The notes under the pieces: generated by a model | Database searches by the model: none | Told to the model about the DNA's origin: nothing | What the model saw: only the letters and a program-made list of their open reading frames with translations | Position numbers and translations under genes: made by a program | In this document: positions 23,640 through 31,359 of the stretch, piece after piece | How positions within the stretch are numbered: position 1 is the first letter of the stretch | Layout of the letters: the number at the start of each line of letters is the position of its first letter | Assembly (NCBI RefSeq): GCF_008065095.1 | Contig: NZ_CP042911.1 | Coordinates: 870,001 to 902,000 of the forward strand | DNA length: 32,000 nucleotides | Source: Gemmata obscuriglobus | Lineage (GTDB): Bacteria > Planctomycetota > Planctomycetia > Gemmatales > Gemmataceae | Reading direction: 5' to 3'

Positions 23640-24663
23640 TCAGAACGTCTTCAGCAGCGCGATCCGCTCGCGCTTCTCTTCGTCCGACAGGCGCCGGATG
23701 AACTCGTAGTCGTGGCCCAGGTCGGTGACGTGGGCCGGGCACTTGCTCGCATTAATCAGGGCCGACCCGACCGTCAGATCGAAGTCCGCGCGCCGCGCGC
23801 CTTCGCGTCCTCGTTCGTGTCGCCCGGCTTCACGTCCCTGCACTTCAGGAATTCTGCGCCGGGCGCGCTCAGCCGGTCGGGCTTGTTCGCGAGCGGCGTC
23901 TCGGGGCCGATGCAGGCCAGCGCGTTGATCGGCGTCCCCCGGGGAATCGGGAACAGGCGCAGCACGACCACCCCGGTCGGGTACCCGTACACGGGGTACT
24001 CGTCCGGGTGCTTCCGCTCGCTCGGGTCGTAGGAACTCGCGTCGTACCACTTCTCGCCGTCAACCGCGGGCCGGTATCCGACGTGCGGCGGGCGCTTTTC
24101 CGGCGCGTCGCCGGGCAGCACCCGGCACGGGCCGTCGTCGGGCCGGATCGGGCGCGCGAACCGGACCCGGTAGGTTTGCGCGTCTTCGCCCTCGAACGGC
24201 AGCCGGGTGCCGGGCTCGTTGACGAGCCACGTGCGGGCGAACCGGGCGTCGCGGTGGCCGGGGGCGGGGAGCCACGGCAGGTCGATGGTGCCGTACCCGT
24301 ACCGGGCGAGCCCGTCCCACCACGCCTCGTTCCCGGCGGCCCAAATGGTCCAGGCGTTCCGCCCCTTGATCGCCGCGCCGCTCCGCGCGAGCGGTTGGGC
24401 GCCATCGCCGCCGGAACTACCGACCGCGTCCGTGTCCTTGAAATAGTCGAGGCGCGGGGGCCGGTAGTATTCCTCGGCGGCCTGCTTCCGCAGCCCCTTG
24501 TCCGCGCCTGGGCCGAGGCCCCGGTACTTCTCGGCTCCGGGCGCGTAGCACCCGGAGCCCGCAGCCCGGCCCGCGCCTCGTCCGGCGGAACGTCCCCGGC
24601 GCGGCTGACGGCGAGCGCCGTCAGCCGCGCGAGCGCAGCCCCCAGGAACATATTCTTGCACAT
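23640..24663 (-). pseudogene. Secreted protein gene readable only across three frames (two frame disruptions); family uncertain
   Basis: Frame 1 from the ATG at 24663 gives the signal peptide MCKNMFLGAALARLTALAVSRAGD. Frame 2 gives GAEKYRGLG...IKGRNAWTIWAAGNEAWWDGLARYGYGTIDL... and ends at 23774. Frame 3 gives ADFDLTVGSALINASKCPAHV...FIRRLSDEEKRERIALLKTF and ends at 23640. The C-terminal motif recalls di-haem peroxidase/MauG-like tails, but no CxxCH is visible. Confidence 0.55.
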
Positions 24664-24932
24664 TACAGTGGTTCGGTCGTTCGAGATTTCCGGAGGTCGC
24701 CTCGCGTGTGCTGGTGCGGCGCGGCGGGGAGCGTATCGGCGGCACCCGCCCCTGGGCGGGCCAGTTCGCCCGCGAGCCGGTGCGCCAGCTCCCGCGCGCC
24801 CAACCCGCACCCGAGCCGGGCGGTCACCCACTGCACGAGCCCGGGCGGGCCGCGCCCCAAGTCGATGACCCGGGCGATCAGCGGCAGGAGCCGGGCGCCC
24901 GGGTCCCGCCCTGCGTTACCGCATCCCGCCAC
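24663..24932 (-). CDS. Possible small hypothetical protein (89 aa)
   Basis: GTG start, GC3-rich codons, and a stop overlapping the next ATG (TAATG at 24661-24665). No recognisable family. Confidence 0.3.
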   Translation of the reverse strand: MAGCGNAGRDPGARLLPLIARVIDLGRGPPGLVQWVTARLGCGLGARELAHRLAGELARPGAGAADTLPAAPHQHTRGDLRKSRTTEPL

Positions 24933-24974
24933 GCCACGCCCTCCCCGTTCGGTTCACCCGTTCCTGCGCGGCGC

Positions 24975-25409
24975 TCACGGCGTCGGTGTCGCGCTGAGGT
25001 GCGTCAGCACCTCTTTGGATTTCAGCTCTCCGTCGGTGGTGACGGCGGACACGGTCCCGCCCTCGGTGCCGTCGGTCTTGATCCGCACCGTAATCGAGAA
25101 CGTACCGTCCTCGTCGGTAACCACGGTCCTCCCGGTGAGCTGGGCGACCGCCCCTCCGAACGTCACCGTCCGCCCGCCCGGTGTCTCGTCGACCACACGC
25201 CCGGTAATCAGAAAGTGCCCGTTCCCGATCTCTGCGGACTCGAAATCAACGATCTCGGGGGCCTTGTTCACCGGCACGGCGGCCAACGCCACGAGGACCG
25301 GCTGCGTGCCGGTGGGCGGTTCCAACCCCAGCCCGGACGGCTGGTCCCGCCATTCGAGCGCTTCGAGCGTGAGCCGTGACCGGAACGGTGTGGGGCGTGC
25401 GTGCGTCAT
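24975..25409 (-). CDS. Small secreted/surface-type hypothetical protein with an N-terminal LEALExR motif and a beta-rich body
   Basis: MTHARPTPFRSRLTLEALEWRDQPSG. The ATG is at 25409. Codons are strongly GC3-biased. The body is Thr/Gly/Val-rich (GRVVDETPGGRTVTFGG...DEDGTFSITV). Confidence 0.7.
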   Translation of the reverse strand: MTHARPTPFRSRLTLEALEWRDQPSGLGLEPPTGTQPVLVALAAVPVNKAPEIVDFESAEIGNGHFLITGRVVDETPGGRTVTFGGAVAQLTGRTVVTDEDGTFSITVRIKTDGTEGGTVSAVTTDGELKSKEVLTHLSATPTP

Positions 25410-25731
25410 TCGACATCCTCGTCGGGGTGGGGCGCGCGGCGCCTGCCGCGCGATCGTTCACCCGCTCCATCGAGAACGGTGTGCGAAAAATGTCAAAAAT
25501 GGTGGCGGGAGCCCACGGGACACATGCAGAAGGGACGTGCGGCTGTCTTCGCTTCACGAACTCGGTTAGCCCGGTTTGCGCAAAGTGCCACGGTGCATCA
25601 ACTTATCGCCCGCGGGCGTGAAGCGATTGGGGTGCAACAGTACCCGGGTAACGCGGAACGGCGTGGGTAGTGATCCGAAAGGGCGCGACAGCAGATGTGA
25701 CGGAAACGGCCGCGGGAAGCGGCTCGATAGG

Positions 25732-27738
25732 TTAAGGCGCGCCGCCGGCCTGAGCGAACGTGTGTGGGTCGAACGGCGGGCGAGCGAGGTGCGGGTCCAC
25801 CGCGGCCGGAACGGGCGCGCCAGGGGGCAACCCGCACAGTTCAGCTCGCTCCTTCACGCCGAGCTGCTTTTGGAGGATCGGATCGGTGAGCAGCCGTTCG
25901 GGCGGGCGGCCGAGTCGGACCGCTTGCTTGAGGCACCACACGGCCCGTGCGTGCGAGTGCTCCCGTCCCCCGCCGAAGGTCAGCAGCACGAGGGCCGCGT
26001 TCGTGTACATCTCGGGCGACTCGGCCGGCCCCGCCAGCGCGGCTTCGATGTCGTCCAGCGCTGCGGGGTCGTCGCTCACCTCGTAACCGGTCGCGAGTAC
26101 GAGCCGGAATCGGACGTACGCTCGGTTCAACCGGGCGGCGGGCATGTCGGGCGCCCGTTCCAGCGCCGCAGCGACCTCGGCCCGGGCGCACAAGAGCCGC
26201 GCCCGCGTCCCTCCGCTCTGCAACAGCGCCCGGCCGAGGTTGTTTCGCACCCAGGCCGGCGCAAATTTCGCGCGGACCGCCTGGCGGTACAATTCGACCG
26301 CGCCCGCGTGATTCGCGGCGAGCGAGTGAGCGTAAGCCAAATACGCGGCGTTCCGCCCGGACGGCTCCAACCGGTCGGCGTCCTCGAAGCTCTTGAGGGC
26401 CGCAGCAACGTACCCCTCTTGAAGGGCACGCCGGCCGCATTCGAAGTGCTCGGCGGCCGTGGCAGGTCTCTCGTGCCGGGGCTCCGGTGGCAACTCGGGC
26501 GCTGGACGCGCCGGCGGAGCGGGTTCGGCGGATGACGGTTCGACGGACCGGCGCGCGAGCGCGACGGCGACGAGCCCGCTCAGCACAACCGCGAGCGCGA
26601 CCAACGTGGCCGCGAAGCAGCGGACGCGGCGGGCGAGGTGCCGCTCGAGCGCGGCCCGCACCCGGCGGATGTCCGGCCGCCGTTCGGGGATTGGGTCCAG
26701 GCATCGGCGCACGAGACCCGCGAGGGCGGCCGGTGCGACCGGCGGTCGGGGAGGAATCGACTGCCGGAGCAGTTCGGCCGCCGCGCGAGCCGCGTCGGTG
26801 GTGCCCGGTTCGGCCGGCACGTGGCCGGTCAGAAGCTCGAACAGCAGCACCCCGAACGAGTACACGTCGGCCGCGGTGGCCGGCGCCGCCGCACCGCCGC
26901 CGGCCACCACGCGGAGCCACTCCGGCGGCATGTAAGGGAGCGTGCCGCCGCACCGGTGTGCCGGGGCCGCGAGGTCGGCGCACAGGTTGAAGTCGATGAG
27001 GTACGGCCGCCCGTCCGGCGCGACGATGACGTTCGACGGCTTCAGGTCGCCGTGTACCAGCCCGGCGCGGTGCAGGTGCTCCACCGCGCCGGCGAGCCGG
27101 GCGGCCAGCGCCACCCGCCGGTCGAGCCCGAGCGGCGCCGGGGCCGCAATGAGGTCGCGTAGCGTGGTCTCTCCGACGAACGGCATGCACACGGCGGCGA
27201 AGCCGTTGGACTGACGCGCCCAGAGGACGGGCACGATGTGCGGGTGCGTGATCGCCCCCAGAACGCGCGCCTCGCGGGACGGCCCCGGGGTCAGTTTCAG
27301 CACCACCGATCGGTCGCCGGCCTCGGGGTCGAGGGCCAGGTACGCGCGGGCGAACGCGCCGCGGCCGAGTTCCCGGACCACCACGAGCTGCTCGAACCGG
27401 TCCCCGGGCTGCGGCCACGCCGGCGCGGCGGCCAGCAGCTCCGGGTGATCGGCGAGCTGCCGGTGCCCGTCGAGCACCTCGCGGACCAGCGCTTCGTGCG
27501 CCGGGAACCGGGCGGCGAACTCGTCCACCGCCGGCGCGGGACCGGCCTCCTCGCGGAGGCAGTACTCCTCGTACGCCAGATCGATTACCAGCGACGGGTA
27601 ATCGAGCAGCACGGGGTGCTCGGCGAGCGCCGCGGCGGCGTCCGGGGCGGCCCCGGCGCGCCACGCCCGCTTGAGCGACTCGGCGAGCGCGGCCGGCGCC
27701 GCGAGTGACGGGTCGACGAGGCCGGTGACGGTCGCCAC
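25732..27738 (-). CDS. Membrane Ser/Thr protein kinase with a C-terminal TPR-like domain, partner of the upstream ECF sigma factor
   Basis: Kinase motifs RELGRGAFARAY, VVLKL, HGDLKPSNV, DFNL, GTLPYMPPE. One TM segment (FAATLVALAVVLSGLVAVALA) is followed by TPR-like repeats. The likely start is the GTG at 27738, 2 nt after the sigma stop. The ORF-track start at 27900 would overlap the sigma gene by 160 nt. Confidence 0.88.
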   Translation of the reverse strand: MATVTGLVDPSLAAPAALAESLKRAWRAGAAPDAAAALAEHPVLLDYPSLVIDLAYEEYCLREEAGPAPAVDEFAARFPAHEALVREVLDGHRQLADHPELLAAAPAWPQPGDRFEQLVVVRELGRGAFARAYLALDPEAGDRSVVLKLTPGPSREARVLGAITHPHIVPVLWARQSNGFAAVCMPFVGETTLRDLIAAPAPLGLDRRVALAARLAGAVEHLHRAGLVHGDLKPSNVIVAPDGRPYLIDFNLCADLAAPAHRCGGTLPYMPPEWLRVVAGGGAAAPATAADVYSFGVLLFELLTGHVPAEPGTTDAARAAAELLRQSIPPRPPVAPAALAGLVRRCLDPIPERRPDIRRVRAALERHLARRVRCFAATLVALAVVLSGLVAVALARRSVEPSSAEPAPPARPAPELPPEPRHERPATAAEHFECGRRALQEGYVAAALKSFEDADRLEPSGRNAAYLAYAHSLAANHAGAVELYRQAVRAKFAPAWVRNNLGRALLQSGGTRARLLCARAEVAAALERAPDMPAARLNRAYVRFRLVLATGYEVSDDPAALDDIEAALAGPAESPEMYTNAALVLLTFGGGREHSHARAVWCLKQAVRLGRPPERLLTDPILQKQLGVKERAELCGLPPGAPVPAAVDPHLARPPFDPHTFAQAGGAP

Positions 27739-27740
27739 GG

Positions 27741-28295
27741 TTACACCCCCGCGAGGTCCTTGAGCCGCCGCACGATGCGGTTGACGGTGCTCAGGCTCAC
27801 GTCCGTCAGCCGGACGATGTCGTCGAGCCCGTACCCGTCGCGCAGCCGCTCGGCGACGACCCGCTGCCGGCCCGAGAAGTTTTGTAACAGCCGCTCCCAC
27901 CGCTCGTCGGCGATCACCACCTGACTGGGCGACGGGGCGCGGTCGGGGGGCTCGGCGCCGGCCGCGGGCACCTCCCGGGACCGGTCGTACTTCTGCGTTC
28001 CGAGCTGCTGCCGAGACATCTCAACGACTTTGTTGTGCGCGACCCGGGCGAGAAAGTTGGCGAGCGCCTGGGGGGAGGTGAAGGCGCGGCCCTCCGACGG
28101 GGCGATCAGGAACGAGGCCCAAACGTCCTGCACGAAGTCGACCGAGTCGAACCGGCTCCGGAGCTGCGGGGGCAGGCGGCGCCGCACGTTCGCCCGGATC
28201 GTCGGCCCGAACCGGGCGTACAGCTCCTCGGCGGCCCACGGCTCGCCGGCCCGGAAAGCCGCCAGCAGGGCGCCGATGTCGCGGGTGGGGTCCAT
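27741..28295 (-). CDS. ECF-type sigma-70 family RNA polymerase sigma factor
   Basis: Region 2 FDSVDFVQDVWASFL. Region 4 HTH LDDIVRLTDVSLSTVNRIVRRL. The ATG at 28295 is preceded by GGAGG with a 5-nt spacer. The ORF-track start at 28310 is a TTG. Confidence 0.88.
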   Translation of the reverse strand: MDPTRDIGALLAAFRAGEPWAAEELYARFGPTIRANVRRRLPPQLRSRFDSVDFVQDVWASFLIAPSEGRAFTSPQALANFLARVAHNKVVEMSRQQLGTQKYDRSREVPAAGAEPPDRAPSPSQVVIADERWERLLQNFSGRQRVVAERLRDGYGLDDIVRLTDVSLSTVNRIVRRLKDLAGV

Positions 28296-28684
28296 CACGT
28301 CCTCCGACAACGCGCCACCGAGCCCGCGGGCGACCGGAGCGAACTCGGTACCGAATGCAACGCTATAAAGTGCTCAGCCTGCATCGTAACAAGGTCCAAG
28401 TCACCGGGCGATCGTCAAGAACCCATTTTTGTTTCGCCGGCCGTGACCGGTACGGCCGGAATCACTTCGATACTTAACGCGGGCCGCGCTCGCGCCCGGC
28501 CCGCGTTCAACTTGATTAACGGAACGCGGCGAGAGTTTATCAGGATTTCGTGAATTCTCGCGCGCTCTTTTTCGTTCACTCACGAAGCGGCGCGGCCGAG
28601 CCCGCCGCTTCGTGACGGCGGGTTCGCAGCACCACCGATGTGTCGTAAGCGCCACCGGCCCATGTTCAAACCGCGAGAACGTGT

Positions 28685-29368
28685 ATGACCGCCGACGAAT
28701 GGGACGCGTGCGCCGACGCGGAAGTCGTTCGGCAGTTCCTGAACGGCCGCTGCAGCGACCGCAAGCTGCGGCTGTTCGCGATCGCGTGCGTGCGGCCGTT
28801 CTGGGACCTGCTCCTCGCGCCGCAAGCGCGCGGGGCGATCGAGGTCACGGAGCGGTTCGCGGACGGGCTGGAAACGGAGGCGACGGCCCAGTTCGCGAGC
28901 CAGGCGTCCTGGGGCTCCGCGTCCCGGCTGGGTTCTCGGCGCCGCGTCCACACCTCGGCGGCCCACGCGGCCGGGTACGCCGCGACCCCGAACGTGGCCC
29001 ACCCTCGCGTCCGCTCGGGGCTCTGGGATTCGGCCCTCGCGGTCCATTCCGACCTGGTCATCGAAGCCGGCGGGTCGTGGTTCCGGGGGCGCGAGAACGG
29101 GGAGCGGCACCTCCTGACGTTCGTGCGCGAGGTCTTCGGCAACCCGTTCCGGCCAACGGATTTTGATCCCGCGTGGCGCACCCCGGACGTCCGGATGCTC
29201 GCGGAGGGCGCGTACCTGGAACGGGCCTTCGACCGGTTGCCGATTCTGGCCGACGCGCTCCAGGAGGCGGGGTGCGACGCCGCCCCGCTGCTGGAGCACT
29301 TGCGCGACGCGCACGCGCCGCACGCCCGCGGGTGCTGGGCGCTCGACCTGGTGCTGGAGAAGACGTGA
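28685..29368 (+). CDS. Conserved hypothetical protein, paralog of 18099-18827
   Basis: MTADEWDACADAEVVRQFL...DRKLRLFAIACVRPFW...VFGNPFRPTDFDPAWRT...LPILADALQEAGCDAAPLLEHLRDAHAPHARGCWALDLVL. Confidence 0.75.
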   Translation: MTADEWDACADAEVVRQFLNGRCSDRKLRLFAIACVRPFWDLLLAPQARGAIEVTERFADGLETEATAQFASQASWGSASRLGSRRRVHTSAAHAAGYAATPNVAHPRVRSGLWDSALAVHSDLVIEAGGSWFRGRENGERHLLTFVREVFGNPFRPTDFDPAWRTPDVRMLAEGAYLERAFDRLPILADALQEAGCDAAPLLEHLRDAHAPHARGCWALDLVLEKT

Positions 29369-29407
29369 CCGGCCTTCGGTGAGGGGCGCGTGCGCACGCG
29401 GCGGTTC

Positions 29408-30514
29408 TCAGCCCGGCTTGTTCCACACGGTCAGCACCGCGGGGAGCCCCAAGAGGCGGACCCGCGTCTGCCGCACCTGCTGCCAGCGGCAGCCCTGTAA
29501 CACGCGCTTCAGGCCCTCCACTTCCATCGCCAGCAGCACCGCGCGGCCGCCCGGCTTCAGCACGCGGTCCATCTCGACGCCCGCGGCCTCGTACAGCGGG
29601 CCGATCTGCTCGATGGACGACAACTGCTTCCCGAACGGCGGGTTCGACACGATCCGGTCCACGCTCGCCGTTTCCAGCGGCAGCGCCGTCGCGTCCCAGC
29701 GGGCGAGGGCCGCCTTGCCCACGTGCTCGAGGTTCTGCGAGGTCACGAACACCGCGTTCGGGTCGATGTCCCCGCCGATCACGCGGATCTCGCCGCCGCG
29801 GCTCCGCTTCTCGGCCACGTCGAGCGCTTCCGCCAGGATCGTGCCGGCCCCGCAGAACGGGTCGAGCACCGTCATCCCCGGGCCGATGCCCGCGAGCCGC
29901 ACCATCGCCGCCGCGACGGTGGGGCGGAGGGACGCGGCGACGTGGTCCAGCTTGTACGCCCGGTGCCGCATCGTGCGGTCGCTGAGCCGCACGCCGCACA
30001 CGGCGGTCTTGCTGTAGATGGTGAGCCAGATCTCGAGCCACGCGTTCTCGTTGCTGTAGTGCCACCCGTGCGGGATCTTGCCCGCCAGCCCCTCGATGAA
30101 CGCGGCCCGCGCGTCCGCGCGCCGGAACCCGTGCTCGCCCTGCATCTGGCACACGAGGTGGTACGTCGGCTTGCCCTTGGTTTTCGGGCGCAGCTTGTGG
30201 TGCAGCTTGAAGAGGTGGTCCCAGTCCGGCTTGCGCGCGGTCCAGGTGCGGATCGTGTCGAGGTCCTCGGACTTGTAGGTCAGCGAGTCCGACCCCCAGG
30301 CCATCAGGAACACGTCCTCGGTGGTGCGCAGCGACAGCACCTTGTCGGAGAGCGCGCCGACGCGGAACACCACCAGCCCGCGGGCCGTCTTCTTCACCTC
30401 CCCGCCGATGTCGCGGGTGATCTCGTCGGCCGCGGTGGTCTCGATGCCGCCGTGCGTCATCGCGTACAGCGGCGGCAGGGGCTTGTCGTCGGTCGGTCGG
30501 CCGGAGCGGGACAT
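29408..30514 (-). CDS. THUMP-domain class I SAM-dependent methyltransferase (RlmL/Trm14-like RNA methylase type)
   Basis: SAM motif I VLDPFCGAGTILAEA and motif IV IVSNPPFG. The N-terminal region is THUMP-like. The ATG at 30514 is preferred over the TTG at 30538 given in the ORF track. Confidence 0.85.
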   Translation of the reverse strand: MSRSGRPTDDKPLPPLYAMTHGGIETTAADEITRDIGGEVKKTARGLVVFRVGALSDKVLSLRTTEDVFLMAWGSDSLTYKSEDLDTIRTWTARKPDWDHLFKLHHKLRPKTKGKPTYHLVCQMQGEHGFRRADARAAFIEGLAGKIPHGWHYSNENAWLEIWLTIYSKTAVCGVRLSDRTMRHRAYKLDHVAASLRPTVAAAMVRLAGIGPGMTVLDPFCGAGTILAEALDVAEKRSRGGEIRVIGGDIDPNAVFVTSQNLEHVGKAALARWDATALPLETASVDRIVSNPPFGKQLSSIEQIGPLYEAAGVEMDRVLKPGGRAVLLAMEVEGLKRVLQGCRWQQVRQTRVRLLGLPAVLTVWNKPG

Positions 30515-30568
30515 CTCAGCACTCTCGCGCGGGAGCAAACAGACATGATAGCAGGTTCCCGCGCGACT

Positions 30569-31222
30569 CTACCGCCGGAAGTGCGCCCGCCCCTCCTCCG
30601 AGCCGAGCATCAGCAGCCCCCACAGGCCCGCGACGGCGCCCGGGACGCAGCACAGGTGCGCGACGTTCAGCGTCGCGACCACGCACGCCAGTTGCGCGAG
30701 CCGGTAGTTCCGCCGGAACACGATCGCAAGCCCGCCCGCGAGCACGGTCGCGCTGGCGGCGAGGGCGGTCGGCAGGATCCACCGGAAGTGCCCGAGCAAC
30801 TGCTCGGTCGCCTCCGCCTCTCGCGCGGCCTTCTCCTCGGGCGTGCCGCCGGGGGCGGCCTCGAGCCCCATCTTGCGCACCGCTTCGGTCTGTTTCGCGG
30901 CCCACTGCCGGCCCGCGGCGGGGTCGCCGAACACCAGGAACAGCAGGTAACCGTTCACCACCGCCCCGACGACGCCGCACACCAGCAGCCCGAACGCCGG
31001 GAGCATCAGCATGAGGTCCGGCCGGGGCGCCGGCGCCGGCCCCGGCGCCGGCCCCGGCCGCGACAGCAGCTCGGCCCCCGTGAGCGTCCCGTTCTCGCGG
31101 ATCGGCGCGCGGAACTGCGCCCGGCACTCGGGGCACTGCACCTGCGTGCCGAGCCAGTCCAGCGGCACCCGCACCAGGTGCTTGCACGCCGGGCACGCGA
31201 TCACTTCAGTTTCGGGGTTCAT
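30569..31222 (-). CDS. Membrane protein with an N-terminal zinc ribbon
   Basis: The ATG at 31222 gives MNPETEVIACPACKHLVRVPLDWLGTQVQCPECRAQF (CxxC...CxxC). A GPAPGPAPAP linker follows, then about 4 hydrophobic helices. Confidence 0.7.
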   Translation of the reverse strand: MNPETEVIACPACKHLVRVPLDWLGTQVQCPECRAQFRAPIRENGTLTGAELLSRPGPAPGPAPAPRPDLMLMLPAFGLLVCGVVGAVVNGYLLFLVFGDPAAGRQWAAKQTEAVRKMGLEAAPGGTPEEKAAREAEATEQLLGHFRWILPTALAASATVLAGGLAIVFRRNYRLAQLACVVATLNVAHLCCVPGAVAGLWGLLMLGSEEGRAHFRR

Positions 31223-31359
31223 AGCGGGAGCGCACGACAGAGGGCAGGGGCTCAAGGGCAGAGATCAAACAACAGAGGGCGGAAGGGAAAGCAAGGGGGC
31301 GTCCCTCGCTTCTCCTCCCGCCCCCCGCCTTTTGATGGTTGCCCTCCGCGCTCCGGGGC

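Noticed and set aside
22408-23742. 444-aa ORF treated as one intact gene
   Set aside because: Only the segment from the ATG at 23556 down to ~23200 looks like GMC FAD-binding sequence. Upstream of 23556 and downstream of the C6 run it is Arg/Pro-rich read-through, and the real continuation is in the 22536-23267 frame.
20203-24663. Programmed ribosomal frameshifting or a mobile element (IS, prophage) as the explanation for the broken genes
   Set aside because: No slippery heptamer with a downstream structure was recognised at the breaks. No transposase, integrase, terminal inverted repeats or target duplications were found. Decay, rearrangement or assembly error fits better.
25841-27664. 607-aa minus-strand ORF in an alternative frame inside the kinase gene, and 28580-29323(-) / 29058-30152(-) of the same type
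   Set aside because: The composition is Arg/Gly/Pro/Ala-rich junk, and they overlap frames with clear kinase, paralog or methyltransferase motifs. They are out-of-frame artefacts.
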